From Marsupella aquatica (taxonomy: Eukaryota; Plantae; Marchantiophyta), in NCBI GenBank assembly GCA_973895155.1, contig OZ316895.1:21588558-21652557 (forward strand): DNA of 64,000 bases, given 5' to 3'. The stretch's first letter is position 1. Each line of letters begins with the position of its first letter. This document shows, piece after piece, positions 44,540 to 56,950 of the stretch. The notes below the pieces were generated by a model. It was given only the letters and a program-made list of their open reading frames with translations, was not told the origin of the DNA and did no database searches. The translations under genes were made by a program, and so were the position numbers.

Positions 44540-45278
44540 CTAGTCCAATAAATTAAAGATCACATTTGCTGGGGCACTTCGAGATGGTAGTATGAGATGC
44601 TCGCTAGAAAGTGATCTACGCCTGCTAATCGTAAGAGCATCCTTGTCAGTTACCATGTCCAGTCTTCTCCTCTGAACTGCGACCCTTTCCTTCCATATTC
44701 TGCCATCCTGTTGTCGCACACAAGGGCAAGGTTATGTCAACTGACCTGACCGTACATCACTAGAAGAAAATTCTACAGAGTTCAATTTAAGGTTTTGTAA
44801 CAATGATCGGGTAACATTTTGAACAATCGCTTACAGTTTCAGGGATATTGAAACACACTCAAACGAGTACTTCATTTCTACTGCATACAAAGGACAGACA
44901 AAGACACATGTCCATACGTACTCTACAAAACTTCCGAAGAAAGAGAAAGCAAATATACTATCTCAATCTGGGCGGACTCGGGACAGGTATACGATTTCAG
45001 AGTTGCACAGCTATATTACTAAAACGACGGGGTGAGAAAAGGTGTTCTCCGTCATCCTTGGAGAACTGCAGAAGAATGGAGCAACGAGGGAGAAAGGTAT
45101 GTCATTGACAGAAAGTGCTTACGTGTACTATGGAAGGTTCAGGGACTGGGCAGCGAGCAGGTTTGTCAATATCACGAGGTTCCAACGGATGCTCTACGGG
45201 AGCAAATTCCTCGCTGAGATCGACACCGTTGCCTGAAGGTGGGACATCACCAACCAGGCTTTCCGCCTCTTTCTCATC
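44540..45278 (-). CDS. Small conserved plant protein of unknown function. Two 3' exons (45278-45123, 44707-44540); upstream exon(s) unresolved
   Basis: The spliced peptide DEKEAE...EFAPVEHPLEPRDIDKPARCPVPEPSIVH|DGRIWKERV...ILPSRSAPANVIFNLLD* matches a land-plant motif set I recall (EHPxEPxDxDxPxxCPxP, DGRIWKER, LPSxSAP). Junctions are GT-AG, phase 0. Confidence 0.8.
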
Positions 45279-48200
45279 CTGCAAAGACATCCCCATCCAT
45301 GCTAAAATTAAGTACGTAGCTCAGAACCTCCAAACCCTGTCGGATCACATGAGATCACAACCAGTCCTTCACACATCACATGAAGTAAGTCAGTAGCCAG
45401 CTCAAGCCTTCCGAATCTATAGCATTCTATCACACTACAAGCTATCATTTGGAAACGCTTCTATAGCTCCACTGGATTCCAAATTACTCATTGCTGCACG
45501 AAACGAAATTCAAGGGGCCGGGGGTAATGTGTGACACTGAGTAACAAGTTCAATGAATGTGGGAAGAGGAGTGCTCAGGCTTCCAGCATGGTGCAGGTCA
45601 ACAATCCTGACGTGTAAAGTCATCATGTGGGTCAACAGATTGATCACATTAAACACCTAGCATCTGACGTCGCTACGAGACATTTTGTGCTTTCATCTCC
45701 TGTCTCGGTACAGTGCGAATGTATGGTCGCTGAAAAACTGAGGAGAATGACACACACGACAAACTAAAACACGAAACGTGGCTTTTCATCTAGAGATCGG
45801 GATCTCGACAATTCCCTAATCCATCTGACGATATTTCTTTCATTCCAGGAAATTGCCTTACTCTCAACCTGCAGAGGATCGGGCCTAATCTACCAGTAAA
45901 TGGACTTTACGTGGCCCTCTGCAGGGGTAATTTCGTGCAAAGCAATTACACGACCGAAACAGGTTCTATGAACGTTAGTCAACGAATCTAAGTGTTACAG
46001 AAAATGCGGAGGTAAACCCCACGACCACATTCCAAATGGCTTAGATTGTAGGATCTCATATTCCTGCGGGGTGGGGGGTTATGACAAATGAATTGCCTCA
46101 AGCTTCTGTGACATTCAATTCTCAGAACTGGAGGTCAATACTGGCCATGTGAGGGTGTCCATCGGGGCTACAAATCTAAGATTGGTCGCTTTCTGGAAGA
46201 ACTCAACAAATCGAATCTTAGCTAGGAACAAACTTATCCAGAGGAGAACCAATTTAGTAGGGCTCCAGACGAAGATCAGACCCTCGACTCGAGAGTAGAT
46301 GTCTGAGGACCCACTTATCTCCCAAACTACTGCCCAACAAGCAAATCAAGAATGACAGCTCCAATGGCACACAAAAGTATTCCAGAAGAACAATCTCCCC
46401 ATTTCCAATAGGCCAGTAACAAAGATTTGAGGTTCCGGCTCAATTTCTGCATACATTGACGAGGAGAAGGAGCTAAAGATCTACAGAGACCAGCCATCAG
46501 AGGCAGCCAGGGAGAGATTACCCTAGGGATATAACAGAAGCACAGCATTCAGTCAATCATCCACGAACAGCCCTTGAGCATCACAGCGGCGGAAGTACGA
46601 GGAGGGGACTAGCCAGGTTTTGATGCAGGCCACTACAACCAGCCCACCAGCGGAGGAAACCACACTACAGTCAATGAGCCAGAACAGTCCCCTGCAGAAA
46701 ACTAGAGGAGGTGGAGCAGTAGGTTCATTGAGGGCACGAGAGCCAATCATGAATCCTCAATAGAGCGAATTCAATGAAACAGCCCTGCAAAACGCAATAC
46801 GTGAAATCCATGATCCGTTGCTACTCAGTCAAGCTCAGATCTAGGACTTGGGAAGCAGATCTCATTCCCTCATTCACATCTTCTCGTACGCGACTAAAAA
46901 GCACAAATATATAATCCGTAGGGGCTGCGGCTGGTAGAACGAGTTACGTACTGGCCATCTATTCCGTCCATAATTCCACAGAGCCACAGAAATGCGCAGA
47001 GGGTGTGGACACTCAAGTAGATTCATTCGTCCCTCTGTCCTCCCACCTAGTGCAGGGAACGGAAGGCGACTTTGGGACTTAGAACCTTAGTCACAAGAGA
47101 TCTATGGAAGATGTAGACCGAAGAACATAAACATGTCGGCAGGGAGGAGAAGTAGAGGAGTGGTGGAGATGGAAATGGTCGAGGAGGATAGCATCATACG
47201 GAGTAGCAACACTTGCAGATTCTCCAGGGCATAGCTTTTCCAGTCACGGTACGGAAACAGCAAGTCATTCGTGCTTTGCTTGTTCCCTTTCTTCTTCTTC
47301 TCCTTCCTGTTCTTTCTGCTTGGCAAACAATGTCATTCTTGGATAGCGTCGTTTCTCTTCATGAGCAACACATGGGTTTCCACGCTGGGTTTCCACGCTC
47401 TCATCTCATGTCATCTCGAGTCATCTCTGCAGGGGTTCTACACGCAGGCCGGCGGGGGTACTGGTGGAAGACGATGATGATGACGATGGTGATTCACATG
47501 AATTGCCACACAGGAAGTAGAAACCTCTCTCTCTAGCAACAACGTTTCGTTTCATCTAACATGCCCTGCGCCCATAACGATCCCATGTGCGCGAGAGACG
47601 TCTCAATCTCTTCAAATCAAGCCTCATCCACTTCGCTGCCCTGCAACAGCAGCAGCCGACCGGACAGGATTGGACCCACTGGACAGTGAGGTGGACAGCA
47701 AAAAAGGTTCAATGACATCCTGACCGAAAGGCACATAAAGTTCATCATCGGAGGGGTGAAAACTCCATAGCATCCTAACCTCAAATTCCTCCCCACATCC
47801 CCCTTCCCCTCCCCTCCACTTCCATCATTCCCTCCTTCCCCACTGTTCCTGCCCTCGACCCCTGCCTCCCTCCGTCAGCCTGTCTGTACCTCACTCACTC
47901 TCAACGAACGAGAAGCGACGCAGAGCAGTATACTAGTAGTAGGAGTAGAGGTAGTAGTGAGAGGTGGAAGTAATCATAATGCCCACCAGAGACTGCTGCG
48001 GTCGATGTGCCACCTTCCCTGAGATCCGAGAAAATAATCCCACCATTGCCCCTTTCCTTTCTCCCGCCAACTTCAATTCCCTTTCCTCCCTGTCTCTCTC
48101 TCGTTCCTCCCTCTCTCTCCCTCTGCCTCCTCTCTCTCGATCCGTCTGTCAACTCTCTGCTGGCTGGCGTCTCCCCGTGGGGTCGGATGTATTTTCTGGC

Positions 48201-49359
48201 TGGAGGATGCATGCCCGGCTGGCTTGCTGGATTGCTGCCTTGTTACGGTTGTTGTTCCCGAAACGAGGACAAAACAATTATAAGTGTCTGTCTCTCTCTG
48301 TCTCTCTCTGTCTCTCTCTGTCGACTTCGTGGTTCCCTCTGGGAAAAAGGCTATAATGGTGGTAGTAGGACGAGGACACACAGTCATGCCCCTCCTTCAC
48401 CAGATTTCTGGACGTGTCCATCTAAAGCACTCCACACCCCTCATCAGTCGGATCACCATCGTCATCATCTGCATGATGTCAGTGTACAGAGGCATGCAGT
48501 CGTCCAGAAAGCAAATCCTCTACGGGTTCTCTACCTGCTGCACTCTTCCTCCTCTTCCTCCTCTAGTCAGCAGGAGTCTCGCCCTCCTCCTCCTTTGCCT
48601 CGTCCGACTACTACAAACAACAAGCTCTCCACCACCTCCACCACCCTGCAGCGCTGCCAGACTCCTTGCGTCCCGGATGTTGGTTGTAGCCCTGTCATAG
48701 CCCCAGTCACCCCACCAATCCATTTGCGTTCTTCCTGCCGCTGCCGATGCCGCTGCCAACCTCCCCTCCCTTGCCGGGAATCATCCAGCCAGTCCACTCG
48801 GCGATTGGAAAAGCACGCAGACAAACATTGATGATTGCTTCATCGCCGGAGCTCCTCCAGAGTCCAGACGGACCAGACCTCCACTCCTCTCTCTAATTTC
48901 TCGCGATCGCGCAATCATCTCTCATCCACAGGAATCCATCGCTCGCGCTTGGCTACAGTCACCGAATTTTCTTTTTGCCTCGAAAGTCGAAACACTTTTT
49001 TAGTGCGCATTTAAATTGTATAAAACAGAGACGAGATCTGACATTGTGCGACGAGACCGGAGTCCAGTGCTGAAATAACGTCTCCTCTCAAATTAATATC
49101 TCCTCCCTCGTGCAATTCGCCGTCTTGTTCGCTCATCTCAGTATCTCACACAGTTTCACTCTCGGACTCTCCGCTCCACCAGAAAGCCATAATTTCCTTC
49201 GGATCGGACAGTGCAGAGGAATGGAACGGAATTGGAATTGAAGTCGAGCATTGGTGGAGGATCGTCCCAGCATCAAGAGATTTAAGACGAGGGGGGAGAG
49301 GAATTAATGTTGGGTCTCGGCCGTGATGATTCGGGCGAAACATGAGGGTACCAAAAATA

Positions 49360-49660
49360 AATTTAGGGCGAGAGACTTTACTGCGTTCTTTGCTGTTTTC
49401 TGGCCCCCTATTTTGCCGGCCCGCTTTCTTGAGTGAACACGCCACTATTTTATTTAAGGAATTTAGGGCGAGAGACTTTACTGCGTTCTTTGCTGTTTTC
49501 TGGACCCCTATTTTGCCGGGCCCGCTTTCTTGAGTGAACACTCCACTATATTATTTAAGGAATTTAGGGCCAGGGACTTTACTTCTTTCTTTGATGTTTT
49601 CTGGCCCCCTTTTTTGCCGGGCCAGCTTTCTTGAGTGAATAGGCCAATATATTATTTAAG
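49360..49660. repeat. Tandem array, 3 x ~100 bp
   Basis: AATTTAGGGCGAGAGACTTTACTGCGTTCTTTGCTGTTTTCTGG..TTTTGCCGG..GCTTTCTTGAGTGAA..TTATTTAAGG repeated three times; the third copy is more diverged. Confidence 0.95.
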
Positions 49661-49699
49661 GTTTCATTTTTTAAGTAAACTAGACCCCCTACCCTTTCT

Positions 49700-50460
49700 A
49701 TATGAATAGGGGGACAACAATAAAAATGTCACCAAAATATATTAATTATTCATATTTTTTAAGGTTAATCATACATAGCATATCAAATTTCTTCTTATGC
49801 ATATTTTTCTTTCTATACACATATGTTACGGTGTGACCATAAAGCTCATTTTTAATATAAATAGAAATGATGATAAAAACCATGCATGGTTATCATTTTA
49901 CATATACATCATAGTCATTAGTATTTTCATTCACATGTTGAGCCATGGAGTTACCGTCTAAAGACTTTTTTCTATAAACCTAGGCTCAATTCTAGTTTAT
50001 AGTTGGCGCTTTATAATTAAAATTGACTCTAGAGATATTTAAATTTACAACATTATCATTTTCTTCATACAAAAATGTCACTATTTCCATATATAGTTCA
50101 TCTGATTACCTAATCCATATACAAAATTATGACATTTTTATAAAAACAAAAAAACCATGGTAGTATTGTCAATTAGAACATTTTTAGTAAAAAAATACTC
50201 AAAAATTGTTTAAGATTTTTATTTTTTGCCTAGGTGACTAATATCCAGTGTGTCAAGGAGAAGGTGCTTAATTTTTTTATTTATTCAATTATTTCTTCAC
50301 CATTAGATCTCTATAGATTTACGTATGACCATTAGATTCTGGCTAATGTGACCTATGATTAGGTGGAACATTGGTTAATGAAAAAGAAAATACTAGCAAA
50401 TTTTTGCCACAAATGGCAAAAGCTTTTGGGGCATTTGGGATTTGGCAAATTTGTCACTTA
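49700..50460 (+). repeat. Longest copy of the AT-rich dispersed repeat family (putative non-autonomous DNA transposon)
   Basis: Contains the segments that match 15530-15792, 24740-25095 and 9140-9300. Confidence 0.65.
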
Positions 50461-50869
50461 AAAAAACCGTTGGAGTGCGCACCCTGCAAAAAAGGTACCA
50501 TAGTGTTATTTGGGTTACTACCAATGTGTAATCATTTTTGGACCTCATATTATTTTTACAATCTCCAGAAATAGTAAAATGATGTTCCCATGGACCACAA
50601 AGTTAACCAATTATTTTTAGTTTTGAATATGTGATAGAGTATGTTCCCATGCACCACAAAGGGGACAAGTTTTTTAGTTTGTAGTTTGTGATAGAGGAGT
50701 AGGTAAGTTACACTTCCATCAAAGTACGTGATAGTCAATTTTTGGTCATTTGCATCGAGTTGTTTATCATGGGATGTGAGGGGTAAATTTTAATAGATTA
50801 ATTTTCATTGTATTAATATGGAATATGAGGGCTTGTGTTTTTCTACATCTCTTCTTTCTTCCTTGAAAT

Positions 50870-53800
50870 TGTTTTTTTCCGTTCATAAATAAGGGCCACG
50901 AAAACCCCGCGGCAAGGGGAAACAACCAGGCCATCAGACAACCATCAACCAAATAAAGCACCCCCTGGGAGGGCAAGCAGTAAGCAATAACAACACAATC
51001 AACAAGAGAGCCTAAAGCCAATGCACAACCAAATCCCCAGGACCTGTAGGGGAAAGCCAAAATGCAAGGGCTTTGCAGCCTAGGGACAACAACAATAAAG
51101 GGCCTTCCACACCAAACATAGTCTTATCCGGGGGAGGTCCAAACATGGCTTTTATGTAGCCAGACCATTCTTTTCTGGTTAAATATTTCTTTCACTCTTA
51201 TCAATCTAGTCTGTCGCCGCCCCGGAGGCAAGCACAAACCATCAGCAGTCACATGATCAACCACTTCTGATAAAATGAGTCTAAGGTCAAATTTCCTACA
51301 GCCGTTGGCCTGAAACATCTATGTATTTCGCCCCAACCAAAGAGACCAGAGGATCTGATAAAATACAAATAGTTTAGCCACCCTCAACTGATCTTTCTAG
51401 ACAGTCAAATCTTCCATCACTAGCAGCTGATCCGAGTAATCAGTGAAGGTGCCAAGGAAGCAACCAGCTCCCAGGGCCCAACATTTTCTAGCATGCACAT
51501 GCTGGGTAAAAAGGTGGGGAATTGTTTCAGTGACTCCAATACACAACTTGTAGTGTCCATCACCCTTGCCAATGCGAGCAACTCTTACCCCAACGAATAG
51601 CCCGAATGCCAAAATCCTCCATATGAATGTCTTGGCTCGGGAAGATAAGTCAAAACCCCACATTCGTGCCCAGTTTGTGTTCCATTCTGAATCAGTTTTG
51701 GTGCAACCCCAAGTCCGGTTCAGAGTGGCATAGTCATCAACAGCATGGCGAATGAGTCAAGGAATGAGTATGTAGGCCCTCCGATTGTTAATCTTAAAAT
51801 CCTTCAGTGTAGTCGGTCGGTTCGCCCAGCACCAATCGCCTGGTCCCAGCTCATAATGCATGATGCAACCCATTGTTGTCCTGATCTTCCCAAAAAAATC
51901 TCTAAAACAGTCATTCGCTCTCACTGTGCTTCCTTTGATGTGTTCTAGCACTCCATCCAGATTCCACCACTCATTCGATTCAATGTCCCACAGATTTTGA
52001 ATACACCTAACACCCATGCGACCACATAGAATCGTGACCATAGCATAATCCTAATTTTGACCAGGATTGAAAGCCCTTGAAGCATCTCAGGGTGTCGTTA
52101 ACATTCCATCTCCCTGGCATCACATTAGAAGGCAAAAAGATCAAGTGCGCACAAATCTGAATCCATGCATTCCATAATCCTCTAGTGTATGCCATACCAT
52201 TAAATGAACAAGGGCAGCATAATAGCATCTTGTCTGGGAATGAATACTTATTCTTGCGGATCAATTTGAAATTCTGCCACCCTACCAACTTTAGGTTTTT
52301 TGCAAAAAGGCAGACCCATTTGGTGTGGGGAGAGTCAAGAGCCCCAATGAACCACTTGACAGAAGTGCATCCGAGTGACACCAAAAATCTTTGAATCCAA
52401 GTCCTCCCTCCACTTTGTGCCTAGCCATCCGAGCCCACAAAACCAGAGGTACCCGCTTGCCCCCCTTTGGGTTGTATCCCCATAGAAAATCTTTACAAAG
52501 TGCGATCAGTTTCTTTGCCAAACCCTCTGAAGCCTTTACAAACATTGAGTGGTATATGGGAATAGCCTGTAGTACATGTCTGACTAGCATGGCTCTTCCA
52601 AAAAAGGATAGAAGTTTGTTTGCCCATGACGACAGCCGCGTTCCAACCTTGTCCAGAACAAAATGATGCAGCTGATCGGTCCTCAAATCCACTCCCAAAG
52701 GGGCACCCAAGTACTTATGTATCTCCCCGGTTTTGTTAATACAGGCATCTAGTGTTTGTCAGCCAGTGAGGGATCGATAGAATAGCTAAGGGAATCACTA
52801 CAGATTTCCTCAAATTCAGTTTTGCTCGTGTACCTATCTCGTAGTAGTTTAGCATAGTTCTCCCTCTCTAAAAACTACTCTCAGTAGCCAGAATGAACAT
52901 TCCTAGATCATCTGCAAAAATCTGTAGCAGATTGTTAGTGCCTCAAAAAACTTTAATCCCTAATAACTTGCCAGTCTTCAATTCCGCTCCATAAGATCCA
53001 TAAGTGATTGAGTTGATATGACAAAAAGCAACGGTGACAATGGACATCTTTGTCTGACTCCATGATTCAACCCAATGGTCTCAAAAAGTAGGTCATTCAC
53101 CATTGCTCTTGATGTAGCACCCGTTAATAATGCTTGAACTAGCTTAATAAAGTGACTACTTATCCCTAGTAGATGCATCGTCTCCCAGGTATACTCGTGA
53201 TTAACTCTATTAAATGTCTTCTCAAAATCCAATTTGAGAAACAGAGATTCTTGTTTCCTATTCTTCACCCAATCACACGTTAACCAAGCAAGTGATATGT
53301 TCTCCAAAATATTCCAAGTTCCAGGGATAAACCCTGTCTGCTGAGCATTTGTCAATTTAGGTAGTGTAAGCTTCAACCTATTTGCTACAATCTTAGCAAT
53401 GAGTTTGTATATTGTATTCAGCATAGTCAGAGGTCTCCAATCCTTCAGGACCCGTTTATCTGGTTTCTTAGGGATAAACTTGATGATTCCATCTTTTATC
53501 TCGATAGCCAATTTGCTAGTCAACCAAAAACCCTATACCATATAGCAGTCAAGTCTGCCTGAATGAACTCCCAGCAAGCCCTGTACACCTCAGTGGTCAT
53601 CCCATCTGGTCCAAGTGTCTTATCCAGTGGCAAAAGCCATAAAATCTCTTTTATTTCCTTGCAGTCCAGGAGTTTGTCCTTCCCACATTGGATAGAGAGT
53701 GGCTCGTATGAGCCAACAAAGCTCTCCTTGCTTGCAAAATTGCCCCACTCTCAGCTGCTGAAGGAGCAATAGGGGCATACAATTCTTCACACTATTTGAC

Positions 53801-56800
53801 CACTTCTTTCAGAATCAGCCCTGGAACCACGATCTCCAGTCCTCCCTTAATATTAGAGCCTTCATGCTCTCCCTATTCCGCTCGGCTTTCATAGTGGCAA
53901 AATAAAACTTGGAAGGCTCATCTTCTTCCCCCAATCACTTAATCTGAGCAACCCCCCTCCCAATTTGAGCTTCTTCCAATTTTGATGCATGAAGCTAATC
54001 CTCGACATCTATGTATGCCCTCAGATCTTCCACAGACTGCTCCTCGAGTAAGGAGATTTTGAGTAAACGAAGTTTGTTTCCTAAAAATTCCATTTCTTCA
54101 AAACGATCTCTTGGAGAGCTCTGCTTCCTCTTGTACATCTTCCGCATGTTAGAGTGTGTCTTATCAAATGCAAGAAGGGGGTCCGTGCAAACCCCCTTGC
54201 CACGACTCCAAGGAGCTTCCAGCACTTCCAAAAAGTCCATGTTTTTGATCACAACAAGATTAGCTTTGAACCACACCACCCTGGTCGGTACCAAACAACC
54301 AACCTTGTCACCTAATCAAAAGTGCAGCACCACCGGGTCATGATCTAAGAGCGCAGAGCCACCATTGATCATGTATCAAGTCCACTATTTCTCATAGTCA
54401 TTCTCCTTTTTCACTGATGTAGAATTTGTCTAACCTTGATTGTACTGTTACATTATTCTTGCATCAACGCCACGTGAACCTAGCGCCCGTAGCAACACCC
54501 TTAATCTAAATAGCATCAGCTAGATCAAACCTTACTTCCAAGAATTGCCTCTTATCATAGGTGAAATGCCCGTAAAGTCATTGCGGGTTTTAGTCATGTT
54601 AAAATCACTGCCCAGTATCCAATTTTCCTGGGGGAGGTTGTCCTTGAGCTCATTCCAAAGACTTGCACGAAACCGGGGCATGTTTGGCGCATAGATACTT
54701 ACCATACCAAAGGTGTGTCCCTCCGAGGAAACCATTGCCCATACAGCACGGCCCAAATCCACTACTCCGAAAGCCACTATTTTCAAGTCCGGGTGTAGCA
54801 GCAATGCCGATCCTCCACGCCCCTCGATTGGTGCTGAAGTCAAGTATTGGTACAAAGGCAGGATAGCTCTAAGAGCAATATCCAGCCTAAATTGCTCAGC
54901 CATGATTTCTTGTAATGCCAAAATGTTGATTCTTTCCTTCCGAGATTTGACCCAGTTTTTTACTACAATTTTCTTGTTGGGTTCGCACAACCCACAGACT
55001 TTCCAGGATACAATGGGAAGACTCAACATTTTCCTCCCGCTATCACCCTCAACTCCGTGTGACCAATCCTTGCTCTAGATTCTTGTAGGTCCTCTTGGGG
55101 AGGATCCAACTCCCTCATGCACTGCCCTTGATGACTATTTTTGTACTGGCGAATCCGCTGTAGCCTCTTCCATCTCCATGTCTGTACCTTGATCCCTCCT
55201 AGCGTCACCAAGATTTACTGCCATAGCTCTTCTTGGCTCTCTCATGTCTATTTCTCCCTCAGCTCCTTCCAACTCCATGTTCTCGCCTGTATCAGACATA
55301 GAGATTGGTGAGATATGAAGCAAGCATTGCTTTTTAGACTCTTGCATTCCCTTTTCTTTCTTAGCAGGTGGTGGGGTCCTGCTATCAATCTTACAAGCTC
55401 TTTCCTTCTCTTTGTTGGATATGTAAGCTTCTTATTCAGACATGTCCAAATCCGCCTATGAATCTCCATGGTAAGAGAAAGACTCAGATTCCTCCCCTTT
55501 GACGGATACTCCTTCAATTATAGCAGCCCTTTCTGGTGAGCGTTGCCTTCCTGCTTCCACATGGCCGATCTTTCTCATGTACAAAGGTGTATTCTCCATC
55601 ATAGAGGGCGCAACAGAGGGTTCCACTCTCCCCCCAGGGGAGGAGTAGACAATGCTTGAGTGTTCTCAGTTATTCTTGCAGTTGTCTCGTCCCTTTGCTC
55701 TTTCCTGATTTTGTCAACTTGAGTTGCTCCTACAGCCGGTTTCTCATTGATGTGCTCCAGTATCGCTTCTATTGTGTTGATGTCTGATGCTACCCCAGCC
55801 TGAAGAGAGTCCAGAGCACCGTTTCCTCTTGCATGCAAATTCCTGGCCAGTTGGGTCCTCAACACCTCCTCAGGATCTTCGTCTGCCTCCTCATCCTTCT
55901 CGTCTGGTGATAACGGCTCGTCCTCTCCGCCAGATGGTTTTGCTTCCGGTGCTGCCACCACGTCCATGCCTCTCTTTTTGTGTCCCACATAATACAAGTC
56001 CTATCATGAGGATAAGAGCTATACTTGTCCCCTTGGATATAGTGAAGCAATTTTTGCCCAAAGATTCAGCAATCTTAATCCGGCAGCCCTCCAAGACGAG
56101 CGCCCAAAACGGGAGCTCGATCCATACAAGTAGCTTAGTATATTTCTTAGTGCGGATATCAAATGAGGATTCCCATGGAAATGTGAATACCAATTTGCGC
56201 TCAACAAACCATGGCGCAGCCACCAAGGCCAGGTCTCTGTGGTCCGCATTTTCAAAGACAATGAGATAGAAATATTTGCCCACAAATTTCACCTGTAACA
56301 CTGGCCATCCTCTCTCATATACCATCATCTCTTCCACCCATGCTCGAAAGATTGGCAGAATTGGTGCTCGATCCGTGAAATAGCAAAGCATGGCACAATT
56401 GTATAGTTGCCAAACGTTACTAGCAGCGTCCTCCAATGTCCATTCCACTGTCGCAAACAATTTCTTGTGTCATTCTTCGTTGGACACTTTGTCAATTTCC
56501 TTTAAGATATTGATGCAGTCCTCTATCACTGCCTCCTTCTCCTGCCCTTTTCCATACGTAGCGTTCCTCCCAGGTCCAACTCTCTCTTGTTGTTCCGTCA
56601 GTGTGTTCATTACTGGGATATGGGCAATGGTTTTTGGTGCAGATTCCGATGCCAATGCCTCGACATAAAGACCATCACTCGTCATGTGTTGTTGCCTGCC
56701 AATCTCCGGTCGAGGACCCCCTTTCGGAGTATTTCCTTGCTTCCAGTTTGCATACAACTCCTGTGGTTGGCTTGAGTGCTCAGAAATGTCATATGGCTTT

Positions 56801-56950
56801 TGAGGAATGAAGGGGGGTCTCCTAAATGAATGCGCTTGAGAGAACCAACCACCACCCCAAAAAGGTGTGCTACACGAGTCCTGCCTGCTAAATATATGGT
56901 TCCAAATCTGCTTGTAGTGCCCGATTGTCCCTTGGGCCATAGTATCATTT
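50870..56950 (-). mobile_element. Near full-length, decayed L1-clade LINE (ORF1, endonuclease, reverse transcriptase, zf-RVT)
   Basis: ORF1 with a DUF4283-like region (VGKYFYLIVFEN..PWFV..VWIELP). APE endonuclease (IVSWKVCGL, ILALQE, SIYAPN, WILGSDFN). RT (DWRPLTMLNTIYKLIAK, LKLDFEKTFNRV, GVRQRCPLSPLLF, IFADDLG at ~52910). YLGAPLG and KTFIWRIL follow. Many stops and frameshifts; short T tract at 50872. Confidence 0.93.

Noticed and set aside
47476-48469. 18-bp exact inverted match (GATGATGACGATGGTGAT) about 1 kb apart
   Set aside because: Low-complexity GAT/CAT repeat with no flanking extension, so likely chance.
48007-48831. 274-aa plus-strand ORF
   Set aside because: Built from CT microsatellites and low-complexity leader sequence, has a non-ATG start and no recognisable domain.
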